64,000 nt of DNA from Lepidodermella squamata (lineage: Eukaryota > Animalia > Gastrotricha). Shown here piece by piece: positions 62,210-64,000 of the stretch. The stretch is from positions 620,001 to 684,000 of the forward strand of contig JBLDXI010000064.1 of assembly GCA_047495785.1 (NCBI GenBank), written 5' to 3'. A program made the position numbers and the translations under genes. A model generated the notes under the pieces. That model did not search any database and was not told the origin of the DNA. It saw nothing but the letters and a program-made list of their open reading frames with translations. Position 1 is the first letter of the stretch. Each line of letters opens with the position of its first letter.

Positions 62210-63251
62210 ATGATTCGATTTGATAGCCATGAAAATTCTGAATTCTATGCTGTTTAAAGTTTGAGCCGTGCAATAGAATGTAAGATAGATTTGATTGGTT
62301 GTTACAATAGCTTAAATCTTTAAAGTTTGCGTACGTATTCGATATTTCCCTACTGTCTGTTAAATAAGTACACTTTTTCTGTCATTTGACATTTCTACTC
62401 TCCTTTCAACTCTCAGTCTTGAAGAAATGACGTTTTGGGTACTGGTTGCATGAAGCAGCCTCGCTAATACAATTAGTATATATTTAGCCACTGCGAATAT
62501 TTCAGCATTTGTGCCGACAGCAAATAACTTCAAGACGAATGAATTTCAATTCCTCCCACAGAATTTTTTTAATAACCCAGTGCGGCCAAGGTAGCAGTAT
62601 TGTCGTAGCTAGATCACTAAAATTGTGGGATCACTCTGGTGTTCGCCATTGATTGAAATAAACAAAAAACGATGCATAAACCATTCGACATGCGCAACTG
62701 TGTATCGATTTTAAGTGCGTGTATACACCCTGGTTTCGGTTGACGCAGCGTAACTGTAGCGTTCAAGGTAAAACCATTGGCGGCGGCGCGATGAATTTCT
62801 CGCGTTTCGTTTCTGCTCGGCCTATAGAATCGGAATAAGGGAATACTCTATGGCTTTTGTCTTTTGTCTATTTAATAATGCAGAAAGTAACAAATATCAA
62901 ATTACTGTGAGTTATCATCCAAGTTAAAAATTCTGAGCAACAACTATTTTATGAGGTATTTATTGAGCATAGTTTTTAATGATGCATCGTCCTATTTTCC
63001 GTCAGGGCTCGCAAAATATCTTCTGGAAAACTTTCTGGAAAGTTTCCAATGCCGTCTGACTGAAAACGCGAGACTATTCGTAACGCATGTTTCAGGTTTT
63101 TGCGGAATTCGCCGTTCAAGCACTCAAAACGTTTCCGTTGATGCTTTTGCACGCAGTAATCTGAGCGTGCGAGGATATGGTTTTAGTCCCCGTTAGTGAC
63201 ATTTTCGAGTGCTTCCTGTGTTTTTACAGTTCAACAAGCGTCTCTCCAGGA

Positions 63252-63365
63252 TCACGCGAAGTAGACGAGGAAAGCCGCTAGCGACTGCTTGGCGATGAAC
63301 AACTCTTTACGATACCACTTGTCTTCCATTGAAGTGACGCCTCGCAATCTCAAACTGTATTTCAA
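63252..63365 (-). pseudogene. Inverted fragment of the 7TM gene third exon (ICL3-TM6)
   Basis: LRLRGVTSMEDKWYRKELFIAKQSLAAFLVY versus VRLKWRETSTIEEKWQKREVFIAKQSIAAFLVY. Confidence 0.75.
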
Positions 63366-63467
63366 CAATCCCCCGCCTTCAACAACCGTCTCTCTATATC
63401 TATAAGTTGCAATAAACAGCAGGCGATGGATTTTGCTAGCTAGCGCCTCAATTTTCGCCACCCGAGC

Positions 63468-63947
63468 ATGTCAGTGCCGATGAATGCAAGCGTGCTGCAC
63501 GGCGGATCGTGGATAGTCACCGATCTGCCGGACCATGGGTTTGATGGACCAAGGCCGTATTTCGTGGGGTGGGCGCACGATCTTAGAACTCGGTCAATGG
63601 CAGATCGCCTGCCTTATACGATCGTAAGCGGCGTGTTATCAATTGTTGCCATTATCGCTAGCCTGGCGAATGTCGCCGTTTATTACCGGCGCAACGTAAA
63701 TCGCGACGTTTTGCTGCTGAACTGCATCGCCGCGTTGAGAAACATATGCTATGTTGCCACCTGGATGTATGCGTTGCTGGTGCTTCTGCCGACCGGCTAC
63801 TGGGAGGCGAGCGACGTCGCATGTCAGCTCACATTTTGGCTCATTGCTTTCTTTGGCAGTTACGGCATGTTTCTAAATCTGCACATCAGCTACGAGCGGC
63901 GAGTGTGCGTCACCTTGAACAGCATCCATCGATCTAGCCCTCTCAAG
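63468..63947 (+). CDS. Second 7TM receptor paralog, exon 1 (continues past the window)
   Basis: SWIVTDLPDHGFDGPRPYFVGW..ADRLPY..ANV..GYWEA..C..SYERR; donor AAG|GTATGA at the same position as in the paralog. Confidence 0.78.
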
Positions 63948-64000
63948 GTATGACCTACTATTAGTGAGATATGAAAGTGCGTACTCGGGATTCAGTGGGC

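Overview
This is eukaryotic DNA, most likely from an invertebrate animal: genes have many short GT-AG introns (about 50-65 nt) and the region is rich in transposons. The ORF track misses most of the real gene structures, so I assembled them by hand from splice sites and reading frames. The main result is a minus-strand family of five related loci (A-E). In four of them a signal-peptide exon splices in frame (phase 0) to one long intronless ankyrin-repeat exon with cysteine pairs at both ends and 10-14 variable repeats. Some copies carry modular exons in between: a trypsin-like domain lacking its catalytic His (TAAQC) and Sushi/CCP domains. The predicted products are secreted ankyrin-array proteins: A = SP-ANK14, B = SP-CCP3-ANK10 (one CCP exon interrupted by a hAT element), D = SP-SPH-CCP2-ANK10, E = SP-ANK14. 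C is an orphan first exon. This looks like a DARPin/VLR-like extracellular recognition repertoire linked to complement-type modules; that function is inferred, not shown. Also present: two tandem PAN plus 3x CTHRC1-C-like secreted genes with different intron sets; a hidden 4-exon, 8-Cys secreted protein ending in RFG; two tandem small secreted proteins with a Cys loop; a RING-TRAF-zinc-finger-NHL gene and its pseudogene; two rhodopsin-like 7TM genes; an apparently intact intron-containing hAT transposon; and several LINEs, MITEs and nested insertions.
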